Positions 1 through 9,643 of a DNA stretch of 64,000 nt are shown here, piece after piece (the first letter of the stretch is position 1; the number at the start of each line of letters is the position of its first letter). Source of the stretch: Bacteroidota bacterium (GTDB taxonomy: Bacteria > Bacteroidota > Bacteroidia > Flavobacteriales > Flavobacteriaceae); NCBI GenBank assembly GCA_038110465.1, contig JAYNJU010000001.1:215544-279543 (forward strand), read 5' to 3'. The notes beneath the pieces are model-generated. The model did not search any database. It had not been told where the DNA came from and saw only the letters and a program-made list of their open reading frames with translations. The position numbers and the translations under genes are program-made.

Positions 1-1
1 A

Positions 2-667
2 TGTACTGCATTAAAAGTTTTATATGTCCATGAAGCTATAGTTGATGAATTTAATAAAAAGTTTGCTGAAGCAGTGGATCAACTTAAATTTGGTATGCCA
101 TGGGAAAATACATTTCTCACACCATTACCAGAACCTTCTAAACCAAAATATATTAAAGATTTGATTGATGATGCCATTTCTAAAGGAGCAAAAATCATTA
201 ATAAAAAAGGTGGTGAAATTTCAGAAAATTACTGTTTTCCTGCGATCCTATATCCAGTAAATGAAAAAATGAGAGTCTTTCAGGAGGAACAATTTGGACC
301 TGTTATACCTATAATTTCTTTTAAAAATATTGATGAACCACTAGATGATATGGCTAATTCAGAATATGGTCAACAAGTAAGTCTTTTTGGAAGTGATACT
401 AAAAAACTAGGTCCACTTATTGATACTTTAGCAAATTTAGTGTGTAGAGTAAACCTTAATAGTTCTTGCCAAAGAGGTCCTGATATCTACCCTTTTACAG
501 GAAGAAAAAATTCAGCAGTAAGTACACTTAGCGTCCATGATGCATTAAGATCATTTTCAATTAGAACTTTTGTTGCTTCTAAAGATAATATTCACAATAA
601 TAGAATCTTAAAAAAGCTACTTGATACTAAAGACTCCAACTTTATCTCTACGGATTATATTCTTTAA
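2..667 (+). CDS. gapN: NADP-dependent non-phosphorylating glyceraldehyde-3-phosphate dehydrogenase / aldehyde dehydrogenase family, C-terminal part (5' end lies outside the window)
   Basis: The frame of track ORF 74..667 stays open back to nt 2 ([28 protein letters not shown]...). EEQFGPV and [16 protein letters not shown] motifs match ALDH-superfamily GapN C-termini. Confidence 0.8.
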   Translation, partial: CTALKVLYVHEAIVDEFNKKFAEAVDQLKFGMPWENTFLTPLPEPSKPKYIKDLIDDAISKGAKIINKKGGEISENYCFPAILYPVNEKMRVFQEEQFGPVIPIISFKNIDEPLDDMANSEYGQQVSLFGSDTKKLGPLIDTLANLVCRVNLNSSCQRGPDIYPFTGRKNSAVSTLSVHDALRSFSIRTFVASKDNIHNNRILKKLLDTKDSNFISTDYIL

Positions 668-1721
668 TTATATCAACAATATAGTCACCTACTTGACTAG
701 TTGAATATGATGGATCTCCATTATTTAAATCAGGAGTTGTGTAATTGTCATACAAACATTTTTCAACAGCAATTTTGATTAAATTAGATTCTTCTTTTAA
801 ATTAAAAGAATAGTCTAGCATCATAGAAGTTGACAAAATTGAAGCTATTGGATTAGCAATATTTTTACCTGTAGCTTCAGGGTAAGACCCATGAATTGGT
901 TCATATAACCCTACTGAGGATCCAATTGAAGCAGATGGCATAAGCCCCATTGATCCAGAAATTACTGATGCTTCATCAGTCAAAATATCACCAAATAGAT
1001 TAGAAGTAATTAGGACATCATAACTACTAGGCCATTGAATCAATCTCATGGCAACTGCATCTACAAACTCATATGACACTTTTACTTCAGGATAATCTTT
1101 CTCCATGTTTTGAACAGTCTCTCTCCAAAGTCTTGAAGTTTCAAGTACATTTGCTTTATCTACACAACACATTTTTCCAGATCTTTTTATGGCATTTTCA
1201 AACCCAATTTTAGCAATTCTTACTATTTCCTCTTTTGAATATTCACAAGTATCATATGCAAAATTACCATTATCTCTTCTTCCTCTCTCCCCAAAATAAA
1301 TTCCACCAGTCAATTCTCTTACAAATAAAATATCAGTTCCTATAATTCTATCTTTTTTAATTGGTGATTTGTCTATAAGTGACTCAAATACAATAGTTGG
1401 TCTAAGGTTTGCGAATAAACCTAGTTTTTTTCTCATTTTTAATAAACCTTGCTCAGGTCTTACTTTAGCTTTGGGATTATTATCAAATTTTGGATCACCT
1501 ATTGCTCCAAATAAAATTGCATCTGAATCTAGACAAATTTCATGAGTTTTGTCGGGGTAGGGATCGTTTAACTGATCAATAGCAATTGCTCCTACTAAAC
1601 CATAGTTTAGTTCAACTTCATGATTAAATTTTTTTGATATTGCGTCTAAAACTTTTAATGATTCATTTGTTACTTCTGGTCCTATTCCATCTCCAGATAA
1701 TACAGCAATTTTTAATTTCAT
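648..1721 (-). CDS. leuB: 3-isopropylmalate dehydrogenase
   Basis: 357 aa. Isopropylmalate/isocitrate dehydrogenase family with N-terminal [10 protein letters not shown] and [12 protein letters not shown] motifs. It is the last gene of the leu string. Confidence 0.95.
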   Translation of the reverse strand: MKLKIAVLSGDGIGPEVTNESLKVLDAISKKFNHEVELNYGLVGAIAIDQLNDPYPDKTHEICLDSDAILFGAIGDPKFDNNPKAKVRPEQGLLKMRKKLGLFANLRPTIVFESLIDKSPIKKDRIIGTDILFVRELTGGIYFGERGRRDNGNFAYDTCEYSKEEIVRIAKIGFENAIKRSGKMCCVDKANVLETSRLWRETVQNMEKDYPEVKVSYEFVDAVAMRLIQWPSSYDVLITSNLFGDILTDEASVISGSMGLMPSASIGSSVGLYEPIHGSYPEATGKNIANPIASILSTSMMLDYSFNLKEESNLIKIAVEKCLYDNYTTPDLNNGDPSYSTSQVGDYIVDIIKEYNP

Positions 1722-1722
1722 T

Positions 1723-3237
1723 TTAAATAGTATTTAACATTTTTTCAGTTGCTTTTATAGCTGAAACTGTCTGATCAGTATCAAGCCCTCTTGTTTTAAA
1801 TTTCTTATTTCCTGTATCCCATGTAATAGTAGTTTCACAGAAAGCATCAGAATTACTTCCTGGAGGTATTCTTACAGCATAATCTATAAGTTTTGGAAGT
1901 TTAATATTAATATTATTATAAATCTTTTTTAATGCATTTATAAATGCATCAAATTGACCATCTCCGGAACAACTTTCTTGATATAGCTTATTATTGATAA
2001 CCAAAGATAATGATGTGGTTGGTCTTAAAGTCTTAGCATGAGTAAGAACGTAAGAATCTATGTAGATTTTTTTCTTTTTTAATGGGTAATCTAACACATC
2101 ACTAATGATATAAGGTAAGTCCTCAATTGTAACTTTTTCTTTTTTATCACCAAGTTCAATAACCTTCAAGGTTACTTTGTTCAATTCTTTATCGTTTAAT
2201 TTAATTCCTAATTCATCTAGATTTTTTTTGATATTTGCTTTACCAGATGTTTTTCCGAGAGCATATTTTCTTTTTCTACCAAATCTAATTGGATTTAGAT
2301 TATTATGGTATAGATCTTTTTTATTATCACCATCTGCATGTACACCAGCTGTTTGAGTAAAAACATTTTCGCCGACTATAGGTTTATTTGAAGAAACAGT
2401 TTGTCCTGAAAAAGTAGAAATAAGTTTACTTGCTTTATATAGGTTTTTTTCATTAATATTCAATTTTACAGTAGGTAAAAAATCTTTAATTGCAGCTACT
2501 GCACTAGCTAAAGGAGTGTTTCCTGCTCTCTCTCCCATTCCGTTAACTGTTAGATGAAGGCCATTGCATCCAGCTCTTACTGCTTCCAAAGAATTAGCTA
2601 CACTTAAATCGTAGTCGTTATGACCATGAAAGTCTATATGAAAATCTGGAAATTTTGATTTAATCTCAGATATAAAGCTATACGTTTCATAATGTGTTAA
2701 AATTCCTAAAGTATCTGGAAGTAAAAGCCTATTGATATTAATACTTTTTAAAAATGAAAGATATTCAAAAACATAATCTTTACTATTTTTCATTCCATTA
2801 CTCCAGTCTTCCAAATAAATATTTGAATTTATTGAATTACTATCAGCTAGTTCAATAATACCTTCAATATCTTTAAAATGAGTCTTAGGAGTTTTCTTTA
2901 ATTGATGTTTTAAATGATTCAATGATCCTTTAGTTAAAAGATTTTGAACTTTACATCCGGATTTTTTCAACCACTCAATAGACATTCCATTGTCTATAAA
3001 AGTTAATACTTCAACTTTATCTAGTTTGTTTTTTTTATCAGCCCAGCCTGTAATTTCTTTAACAGATTTAAGTTCTCCATCTGAAACTCTAGCAGATGCT
3101 ACTTCAATTCTATCAATGTTTAATTCTTCTAGTAAAAATTTTGAAATTGTTAATTTTTCTTTTGGTGAATATGAAACACCTGAAGTTTGTTCACCATCCC
3201 TGAGTGTGGTGTCCATTATTTCCAAAAATTTATTCAT
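1723..3237 (-). CDS. cimA: 2-isopropylmalate synthase-family paralogue with C-terminal LeuA-dimer/regulatory domain; probably (R)-citramalate synthase
   Basis: 504 aa. DTTLRDGEQ and HGHNDYD catalytic motifs of the DRE-TIM/HMGL-like fold, with a roughly 120-aa C-terminal regulatory-type domain. It is the second IPMS-family gene in the same operon, between leuD and leuB. Confidence 0.7.
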   Translation of the reverse strand: MNKFLEIMDTTLRDGEQTSGVSYSPKEKLTISKFLLEELNIDRIEVASARVSDGELKSVKEITGWADKKNKLDKVEVLTFIDNGMSIEWLKKSGCKVQNLLTKGSLNHLKHQLKKTPKTHFKDIEGIIELADSNSINSNIYLEDWSNGMKNSKDYVFEYLSFLKSININRLLLPDTLGILTHYETYSFISEIKSKFPDFHIDFHGHNDYDLSVANSLEAVRAGCNGLHLTVNGMGERAGNTPLASAVAAIKDFLPTVKLNINEKNLYKASKLISTFSGQTVSSNKPIVGENVFTQTAGVHADGDNKKDLYHNNLNPIRFGRKRKYALGKTSGKANIKKNLDELGIKLNDKELNKVTLKVIELGDKKEKVTIEDLPYIISDVLDYPLKKKKIYIDSYVLTHAKTLRPTTSLSLVINNKLYQESCSGDGQFDAFINALKKIYNNINIKLPKLIDYAVRIPPGSNSDAFCETTITWDTGNKKFKTRGLDTDQTVSAIKATEKMLNTI

Positions 3238-3833
3238 TAGTATTTAGATTTACCTATAAAATTTTTAATAATATGTTTCTTGTTAACTAAGTAGTCAATA
3301 TCATCGTAACCGTTTGATAAATTACTTTTTTTATATTGACTGATGTTGAAGTTTTCACTTGATCCAGAACTAATAATTTTTAACTCTTGTTTTTCTAAGT
3401 TAATCTCAAATTTAGAATTATTGTTATTTTCAATTTCAGAAAAAATTTCTTTTAAGAACGAATCTGAAATTTGAACAGGAAGAACTCCAATATTTAAACA
3501 GTTATTTTTAAATATGTCTGCAAAAAAACTTGAAACGACTGCTCTAAAACCATAGTCATAAATTGCCCAAACAGCATGTTCTCTTGATGATCCACATCCA
3601 AAATTTTTGCCAGCAATTAATATTTTACCAGAGTATTTAGTATTGTTTAATGGAAAAGAAACTATTTTACTATCATCTGAATTATATCTCCAATCTCTAA
3701 AAAGATTTTCCCCAAAACCCTTTCTTTCTGTGGCTTTTAAAAACCTAGCAGGTATAATTTGATCAGTATCTATATTGTCTATATTTATAGGTACAGCTGT
3801 GCTGTTTAGTATGTTAAATTTATCGTAAGCCAT
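3237..3833 (-). CDS. leuD: 3-isopropylmalate dehydratase small subunit
   Basis: 198 aa. Aconitase swivel-domain protein with a GKNFGCGSSREHA motif, adjacent to leuC. Confidence 0.95.
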   Translation of the reverse strand: MAYDKFNILNSTAVPINIDNIDTDQIIPARFLKATERKGFGENLFRDWRYNSDDSKIVSFPLNNTKYSGKILIAGKNFGCGSSREHAVWAIYDYGFRAVVSSFFADIFKNNCLNIGVLPVQISDSFLKEIFSEIENNNNSKFEINLEKQELKIISSGSSENFNISQYKKSNLSNGYDDIDYLVNKKHIIKNFIGKSKY

Positions 3834-3835
3834 GA

Positions 3836-5224
3836 TTATGTTATTTCTCTTGGGTCGGTAATTTTTCCAGTTATAGCTGATGCTGCTGCTACCAAAGGAC
3901 TAGCTAACAGTGTTCTTGCTCCTGGCCCTTGTCTTCCTTCAAAATTTCTATTTGTTGTACTTACAGCATATTTTCCTTTTGGTATTTTATCATCATTCAT
4001 AGCTAAACATGCAGAACAACCAGGTTCTCTTAATTTGAAACCTGAATCTAGTAAAATATCTAAGATCCCTTCCTCTTTAATACTATTTAATACTTTATGT
4101 GAACCAGGAACTAGCCAAGCATCAACATTATCAGATTTTCTTTTACCTTTAATTATGCTGGCAAATGATCTAAAATCTTCAATTCTTCCATTTGTGCAAC
4201 TACCTAAAAAAACATAGTCAATCTTTTTGCCAATCATTTTTTCTCCTTCTTTAAACTCCATATAATTTAAAGCTTTTTGATATGAAGAATTTGGATCTAA
4301 ATTTGAAAATGGAATAGATTCAGATATAGGAATTGCCATTCCTGGATTAGTACCATATGTGATCATTGGTTCTATTTCATTAGCATTAAATTTATATTCT
4401 TTATCAAAGACTGCATCATTATCAGTTTGTAATGATGACCAATATTCAATAGCATCATTCCATTTTTCTTTTTCAGGAGCAAATTCTCTTCCTTTTATAT
4501 AATCAAATGTTTTTTGATCAGGTGCTATCATTCCTCCTCTTGCACCCATTTCAATACTTAGGTTACAAACTGTCATTCTTCCTTCCATACTCATCTCTCT
4601 AAATACTTGTCCAGAATACTCAACAAAATACCCTGTTGCACCAGATGAAGAAAGTTTTGAAATAATATAAATTGCAACATCTTTGGGAGTAACATTTTTA
4701 TTTAATACTCCATCAATAGTAATCCTCATACTTTTTGGTTTTTGTTGCATAATTGATTGGCATGCTAAAACCATCTCAACTTCTGAAGTTCCAATTCCAA
4801 ATGCAATAGCTCCAAAAGCACCATGGGTTGAGGTGTGTGAATCTCCACATACTATAGTTAAACCTGGTTGTGTTATTCCGTTTTCAGGTCCTATAACATG
4901 AACTATTCCATTTTTACTATGTCCTAATCCCCAAAAGTCAATACCATGTTCTTTACAGTTTTTTTCTAATGTATCAACTTGAATTGCTGATAATTTATCT
5001 TTAATTGGTAAATGCTGATCTATAGTTGGAGTATTATGATCAGCTGTTGCAAAGGTTTTATCTGGATACATTACTTTCAAACCTCTTTTTTTTAAACCTA
5101 CAAAGGCTACAGGACTTGTAACTTCATGAATAAAATGTCTATCAATAAGTAAAACATCAGGACCATCATTAATTTTTTCTATAACATGAGAATCCCAAAC
5201 TTTATCAAATAATGTTTTAGCCAT
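3836..5224 (-). CDS. leuC: 3-isopropylmalate dehydratase large subunit
   Basis: 462 aa. Aconitase-family protein with Fe-S ligand contexts VCGDSHT, GSCTNGR and CSACLAMN. Confidence 0.95.
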   Translation of the reverse strand: MAKTLFDKVWDSHVIEKINDGPDVLLIDRHFIHEVTSPVAFVGLKKRGLKVMYPDKTFATADHNTPTIDQHLPIKDKLSAIQVDTLEKNCKEHGIDFWGLGHSKNGIVHVIGPENGITQPGLTIVCGDSHTSTHGAFGAIAFGIGTSEVEMVLACQSIMQQKPKSMRITIDGVLNKNVTPKDVAIYIISKLSSSGATGYFVEYSGQVFREMSMEGRMTVCNLSIEMGARGGMIAPDQKTFDYIKGREFAPEKEKWNDAIEYWSSLQTDNDAVFDKEYKFNANEIEPMITYGTNPGMAIPISESIPFSNLDPNSSYQKALNYMEFKEGEKMIGKKIDYVFLGSCTNGRIEDFRSFASIIKGKRKSDNVDAWLVPGSHKVLNSIKEEGILDILLDSGFKLREPGCSACLAMNDDKIPKGKYAVSTTNRNFEGRQGPGARTLLASPLVAAASAITGKITDPREIT

Positions 5225-6374
5225 AATTTATATTTTTAAGAATTTCTGGAAAATCTGAATCTGTAACCTCTTTCTTTTTATCTGCCACAGTTAAAAATTG
5301 ACTGTAAACCTCATCCAATTGAATTTTAGAAAGATTTACTCCGTATTCTTTCATTCTAAATGCTAGAGCAGCTCTGCCGCTTCTAGCTGTTAAAATTATA
5401 GAAGATTTATCAACTCCCACATCTAAAGGGTCAATAATTTCATAGGTCTCCCTCTTCTTTATTACTCCATCTTGATGTATACCTGAACTGTGAGCAAAAG
5501 CATTAGACCCAACAATAGCTTTGTTAGGTTGAACAGGCATACCCATTAGCTCTGAAACCTTTTGACTTACTTTATTTAAAAGTTTTGCATTGACATTGGT
5601 GTCTAAATTCAAATTAGAGTGTTGTCGTAAAATCATAACTACTTCTTCAAGAGAAGTGTTTCCAGCTCTTTCTCCAATTCCATTTATAGTACATTCAATT
5701 TGTCTTGCTCCATTAATAACTCCATATATAGAGTTAGCGGTAGCAAGACCAAGATCATTATGACAATGACAAGAAATTGTGACATTTTCAATTCCTTTAA
5801 CGTTATCAATCAAGTATTTTATTTTATCACCATATTCATTTGGTAGACAATAACCAGTTGTATCAGGTATATTTAAAATAGTAGCTCCAGACTTAATGAC
5901 TTCTTCACATACTCTAGCTAGAAAAACATTATCAGTTCTCCCTGCATCTTCAGCATAAAACTCAACATCTTCTACATACTTTTTTGCATGTGAAACAGAT
6001 TTTTTTGCAAGTTCAATAATAGCCTCTTTGTTTGAATTAAACTTGTATTTTATATGTACTTCAGAAGTGCCAATACCTGTGTGAATTCTTGGTTTTAATG
6101 CATTTTTTAAAGATTCAGCAGCAACATCAATATCTTTTTCATTAGCTCTACTCAAAGCACAAACTGAAGCATTTTTGACAATCTTAGAAATTTCGACAAC
6201 TGAATTAAAATCTCCTGGGCTTGAAATTGGAAATCCGGCTTCAATAATATCTACACCCAATTGATCAATTTTTTCTGCTAAAATTAATTTACTTATAGTA
6301 TCAAGTTTACATCCAGGAACTTGCTCTCCATCTCTTAATGTTGTATCAAATATTTTTACCTGATTTTTCATCAA
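5217..6374 (-). CDS. leuA: 2-isopropylmalate synthase, short form lacking the C-terminal leucine-binding regulatory domain
   Basis: 385 aa. [22 protein letters not shown] and GIGERAGN motifs as in bacterial LeuA. The protein ends shortly after the catalytic barrel and linker subdomains. Confidence 0.9.
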   Translation of the reverse strand: MMKNQVKIFDTTLRDGEQVPGCKLDTISKLILAEKIDQLGVDIIEAGFPISSPGDFNSVVEISKIVKNASVCALSRANEKDIDVAAESLKNALKPRIHTGIGTSEVHIKYKFNSNKEAIIELAKKSVSHAKKYVEDVEFYAEDAGRTDNVFLARVCEEVIKSGATILNIPDTTGYCLPNEYGDKIKYLIDNVKGIENVTISCHCHNDLGLATANSIYGVINGARQIECTINGIGERAGNTSLEEVVMILRQHSNLNLDTNVNAKLLNKVSQKVSELMGMPVQPNKAIVGSNAFAHSSGIHQDGVIKKRETYEIIDPLDVGVDKSSIILTARSGRAALAFRMKEYGVNLSKIQLDEVYSQFLTVADKKKEVTDSDFPEILKNINYG

Positions 6375-6496
6375 TAACTAAATTATTACTTAAATGATGA
6401 TAGTTAAAAAAAAGTATATTAATTTTACAATATTCTATACATATATAATTTAATTAAATTATTTATAAACAGTAAGTTAAGTTCAATATTTATACA

Positions 6497-8068
6497 ATGA
6501 CTAATGATATAAAAGACAATCTTTTTGTTTTAATTAAATCTCTTACAAAATCTGAAAAAAGACAGTTCAAATTGTATGTGGGAAGAATGGATTCTAATGA
6601 AGATTCAAAATTCTTAAAATTATTTTCTCTCTTAGATAAAATGAATCAATACAATGAGAAATTAATTTTAGATAGTAAAATTGTATCAAAGCAACAGTTA
6701 TCAAACTTAAAAGCCCATCTTTATAAGCAGATTCTTATTAGTCTTAGATTGAATCCACAACATAAAAATGTAAAACTTCATATTAGAAGTCAAATTGACT
6801 TTGCTACAATTTTGTATCAAAAAGGTCTCTATAAGCAAAGTTTAAAGATACTTGATAAAGTCAAATCTTATGCTTTGAAATACGATGAAAACACCTCTGC
6901 ATATGAAATTGTGGAGTTCGAAAAACTAATCGAGTCTCTTTATGTAACAAGAAGTTTAAGTAATAGAACAGATGAGCTTGTTAATCAAACCAATTATTTA
7001 AAAAAATTAAATAATATATCAAGTTCCTTATCGAATATCTCTCTTCAATTATATGAAAAACTAATTAAAGCAGGGTATGCCAAAAGTGACCAAGAATCAT
7101 CTGAAATAAAAGAAATTTTTACAGAAAAATTAAAAGATTATAAACCTGAAGATCTTGGATTTAGAGAAAAGCTTATATACTATCAGTCATATGTTTGGTA
7201 TAGTTTACTGGTTCAAGATTTTTTATCTACTTATAAATATGCTTCTAAGTGGATTGAAACTTTTGATAAAAATCCAGACATGATAAAAATTCATCCTGTA
7301 TATTATTTAAAAGGTTATAACTTTCTTTTAGAATCATTATCTCTAATAAAATATCCCTCTAAGTTTAAGAATCGGTTAAATGATTTATTAAGAGTTTTAG
7401 ACTATGATTTTTTTCCTTTAAATCAAAATTTAAATGCTTTGATATTTCTATATAAGTATAATAATCTTTTTAATCTTCATGTATTAGAGGGAACATTTAA
7501 GGAGTCCCTCAAAATTATCCCCGAAGTTCTTGTGGGTATTGAAAAAAATAAAAATTTGATTGATCATCATCATATAATGCTACTTTATTATAAAATTGCT
7601 TGTATGTATTTTACAGTTGATGATTATGAAAATTGTATTAGGTATACTAGTATGATTATAAAAAATAAAAATATAAAGATGAGAGAAGATCTTCAATGTT
7701 TCACAAGGATTTTGAACCTGATAGCACATTGGGAAGCTGGCTTAGATTTTCATCTTGATAAAATTATTAGAGATACATATAATTACTTGGATAAATTGAA
7801 TGACTTACATGAAGTTCAAAAGACCATTTTAAAATATTTAAATGGATTGGAAAATATATATCCTGGAGAAATTAAAAACTTTCTTAGAAATCTATATAGC
7901 GAGCTTAAAAAGTTTGAGGATGACCCATATGAAAAAAGAGCTTTCTTGTATTTAGATATAATCTCATGGCTTGAAAGTAAGATAGATAGAAAACCTCTTC
8001 AAGATATAATTAAAGAAAAAGCAATTTTAATTAATCGAAAAGAGAAACAGTCCACAGTCCTTTCTTAG
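6497..8068 (+). CDS. Hypothetical protein, predicted all-helical (TPR-like repeat character), function unknown
   Basis: Long uninterrupted 523-aa ORF whose composition matches neighbouring genes. I recognise no catalytic or DNA-binding motif, and it shows no signal peptide or TM helix. Confidence 0.6.
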   Translation: MTNDIKDNLFVLIKSLTKSEKRQFKLYVGRMDSNEDSKFLKLFSLLDKMNQYNEKLILDSKIVSKQQLSNLKAHLYKQILISLRLNPQHKNVKLHIRSQIDFATILYQKGLYKQSLKILDKVKSYALKYDENTSAYEIVEFEKLIESLYVTRSLSNRTDELVNQTNYLKKLNNISSSLSNISLQLYEKLIKAGYAKSDQESSEIKEIFTEKLKDYKPEDLGFREKLIYYQSYVWYSLLVQDFLSTYKYASKWIETFDKNPDMIKIHPVYYLKGYNFLLESLSLIKYPSKFKNRLNDLLRVLDYDFFPLNQNLNALIFLYKYNNLFNLHVLEGTFKESLKIIPEVLVGIEKNKNLIDHHHIMLLYYKIACMYFTVDDYENCIRYTSMIIKNKNIKMREDLQCFTRILNLIAHWEAGLDFHLDKIIRDTYNYLDKLNDLHEVQKTILKYLNGLENIYPGEIKNFLRNLYSELKKFEDDPYEKRAFLYLDIISWLESKIDRKPLQDIIKEKAILINRKEKQSTVLS

Positions 8069-8717
8069 GTGGATCTGCATCAATTTTTACTTCTTTTTTT
8101 GTTACAGGATGATTAAATTCGATACTTTTTGAGTGTAGGTAAATCCCGCCATCTTTGTTAGATCTTTTAGAACCATATTTTAAGTCTCCAAGGATTGGAA
8201 AACCAATTTCAGAAAAATTACATCTAATTTGATGATGTCTTCCAGTTATTAAATCAACTTCTATCAAAGAGTAATTATCAAAATCTTTTAATTTTTGATA
8301 TTTAAGTAAACCAAACTTTGAATTTTTTACCTCTTCATTAAAATAATATGATTTATTCTGTTTTTCATTCTTTTTAAACCAACCTTTTAATTCTCCTTCT
8401 TTCGATTTAAAACCCTTAGATATAATTAACCAATATTTTTTTTTAATATTTCTATTTCTAAGTTTATCATTCATTCTTGATAAGGCTTTACTGGTTTTTG
8501 CAAACATAACTATACCAGATGTAGGCCTATCAATTCGATTAATTAACCCAAGAAATACTCTTCCTTTTTTATTATACTTTAATTTTATGTATTCTTTTAC
8601 ATTGTCTATAGAAGATAAATCACCTGTTTTATCCCCTTGAACAAGTTCACCAGAAGATTTATTTATTATTAATAAGTGATTATCTTCAAAAAGTATCTGA
8701 GGTTTTGATAAATTCAA
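8031..8717 (-). CDS. RluA-family pseudouridine synthase
   Basis: 228 aa. NRIDRPTSG motif (catalytic Asp) and TGRHHQIR motif of the RluA/RsuA superfamily. Confidence 0.85.
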   Translation of the reverse strand: MNLSKPQILFEDNHLLIINKSSGELVQGDKTGDLSSIDNVKEYIKLKYNKKGRVFLGLINRIDRPTSGIVMFAKTSKALSRMNDKLRNRNIKKKYWLIISKGFKSKEGELKGWFKKNEKQNKSYYFNEEVKNSKFGLLKYQKLKDFDNYSLIEVDLITGRHHQIRCNFSEIGFPILGDLKYGSKRSNKDGGIYLHSKSIEFNHPVTKKEVKIDADPPKKGLWTVSLFD

Positions 8718-8718
8718 G

Positions 8719-9549
8719 TTAGTATTGCTCTTCTTTATTCGGAAATTCTCTATTTTTAATATCTGATGAGAAATCTTTTACAGCCTTTGTTATTAGTGTA
8801 TCTAGATCTAAATATCTTCTAAGAAATCTAGGGCTGAACTCCTTATTCATACCTAGCATATCATGAGAAACTAGAACCTGTCCATCAACAGCAGATCCTG
8901 CACCAATTCCTATAATTGGAATCTTTAATGAAGAAGATACTTTTTCTGAAAGTATATTTGGAATTTTTTCTAAAACTATTGAGAAACAGCCAATTTCTTC
9001 CAACATTTTAGCATCCTTAATTAAATCTTCAGCTTCTTTTTTCTCTTTTGCTCTAACAGAGTATGTTCCAAATTTATATATAGATTGAGGTGTTAAACCA
9101 AGATGACCCATTACTGGAATGCCAGCTTTAAGAATTCTTTCTATAGAATCTTTTACTAAATGTCCGCCTTCTAATTTTACTGCATGAGCACCTGATTCTT
9201 TCATGATTTTAATAGCAGATCTCAAAGCTTCTTTTGAGTCAGCTTGATAAGTTCCAAAAGGTAAATCAACCACAACGAGTGCCCTTTCAACAGCCCTAAT
9301 TACTGAGCTTGCATGATAAATCATTTGATCCAGAGTTATAGGAAGTGTAGTCTCATGACCTGCCATTACATTTGAGGCGGAATCTCCTACTAAAATAATA
9401 TCAACTCCTGCTTTATCAATTATTTTAGCAAAGCTATAATCATATGCTGTAAGCATTGATATTTTTTCACCATTGCTTTTCATTTCCTCAAGAAGCTTAA
9501 TGGTGACTCTAGATTGATTAGTATTATCAGTCATTTGATTTTTTAACAA
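8719..9549 (-). CDS. panB: 3-methyl-2-oxobutanoate hydroxymethyltransferase (ketopantoate hydroxymethyltransferase)
   Basis: 276 aa. [28 protein letters not shown] and GIGAG segments typical of PanB. Confidence 0.95.
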   Translation of the reverse strand: MLKNQMTDNTNQSRVTIKLLEEMKSNGEKISMLTAYDYSFAKIIDKAGVDIILVGDSASNVMAGHETTLPITLDQMIYHASSVIRAVERALVVVDLPFGTYQADSKEALRSAIKIMKESGAHAVKLEGGHLVKDSIERILKAGIPVMGHLGLTPQSIYKFGTYSVRAKEKKEAEDLIKDAKMLEEIGCFSIVLEKIPNILSEKVSSSLKIPIIGIGAGSAVDGQVLVSHDMLGMNKEFSPRFLRRYLDLDTLITKAVKDFSSDIKNREFPNKEEQY

Positions 9550-9577
9550 AAATAATGTAAATAAGTATATAAAAAAT

Positions 9578-9592
9578 ATGACATAATGTCAT
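9578..9592. promoter_or_regulatory. 15-bp perfect palindrome ATGACAT-A-ATGTCAT in the panB/dnaK divergent intergenic region; candidate operator
   Basis: Read directly from the sequence. It has 7-bp arms and one central base and lies 52 nt upstream of the dnaK ATG. Confidence 0.25.
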
Positions 9593-9643
9593 CTTAATTT
9601 GGTTGGCATAATCGTTGACAATTATATATTAAAATTAAAAATT

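Noticed and set aside
2990-3247. 85-aa plus-strand ORF antisense to the cimA-like gene. The same class includes 4035..4217, 4683..4901, 9622..9852, 10024..10299, 12584..12832, 13480..13713, 13774..13968, 28949..29161, 29914..30126, 31140..31331, 31814..32008, 32740..32940, 33301..33546, 38803..39084, 43889..44170, 51981..52181, 59043..59255, 59605..59790, 62248..62460 and 62991..63269.
   Set aside because: These are shadow ORFs lying wholly inside strongly supported conserved genes on the other strand. Their products are low-complexity and S/L/F/I-rich, as expected from antisense reading of AT-rich codons.
6375-6496. Possible leucine leader peptide, attenuator or riboswitch upstream of leuA
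   Set aside because: The 122-nt spacer is almost pure A/T. It has no Leu-codon-rich mini-ORF, no terminator/antiterminator hairpins and no GC-containing structured element.
9599-9643. 15-codon N-terminal extension of dnaK from a TTG start ([15 protein letters not shown])
   Set aside because: Hsp70 proteins begin at the conserved M(S/G)[12 protein letters not shown]. An ATG at 9644 gives exactly that, and the extension is hydrophobic junk read from promoter and leader sequence.
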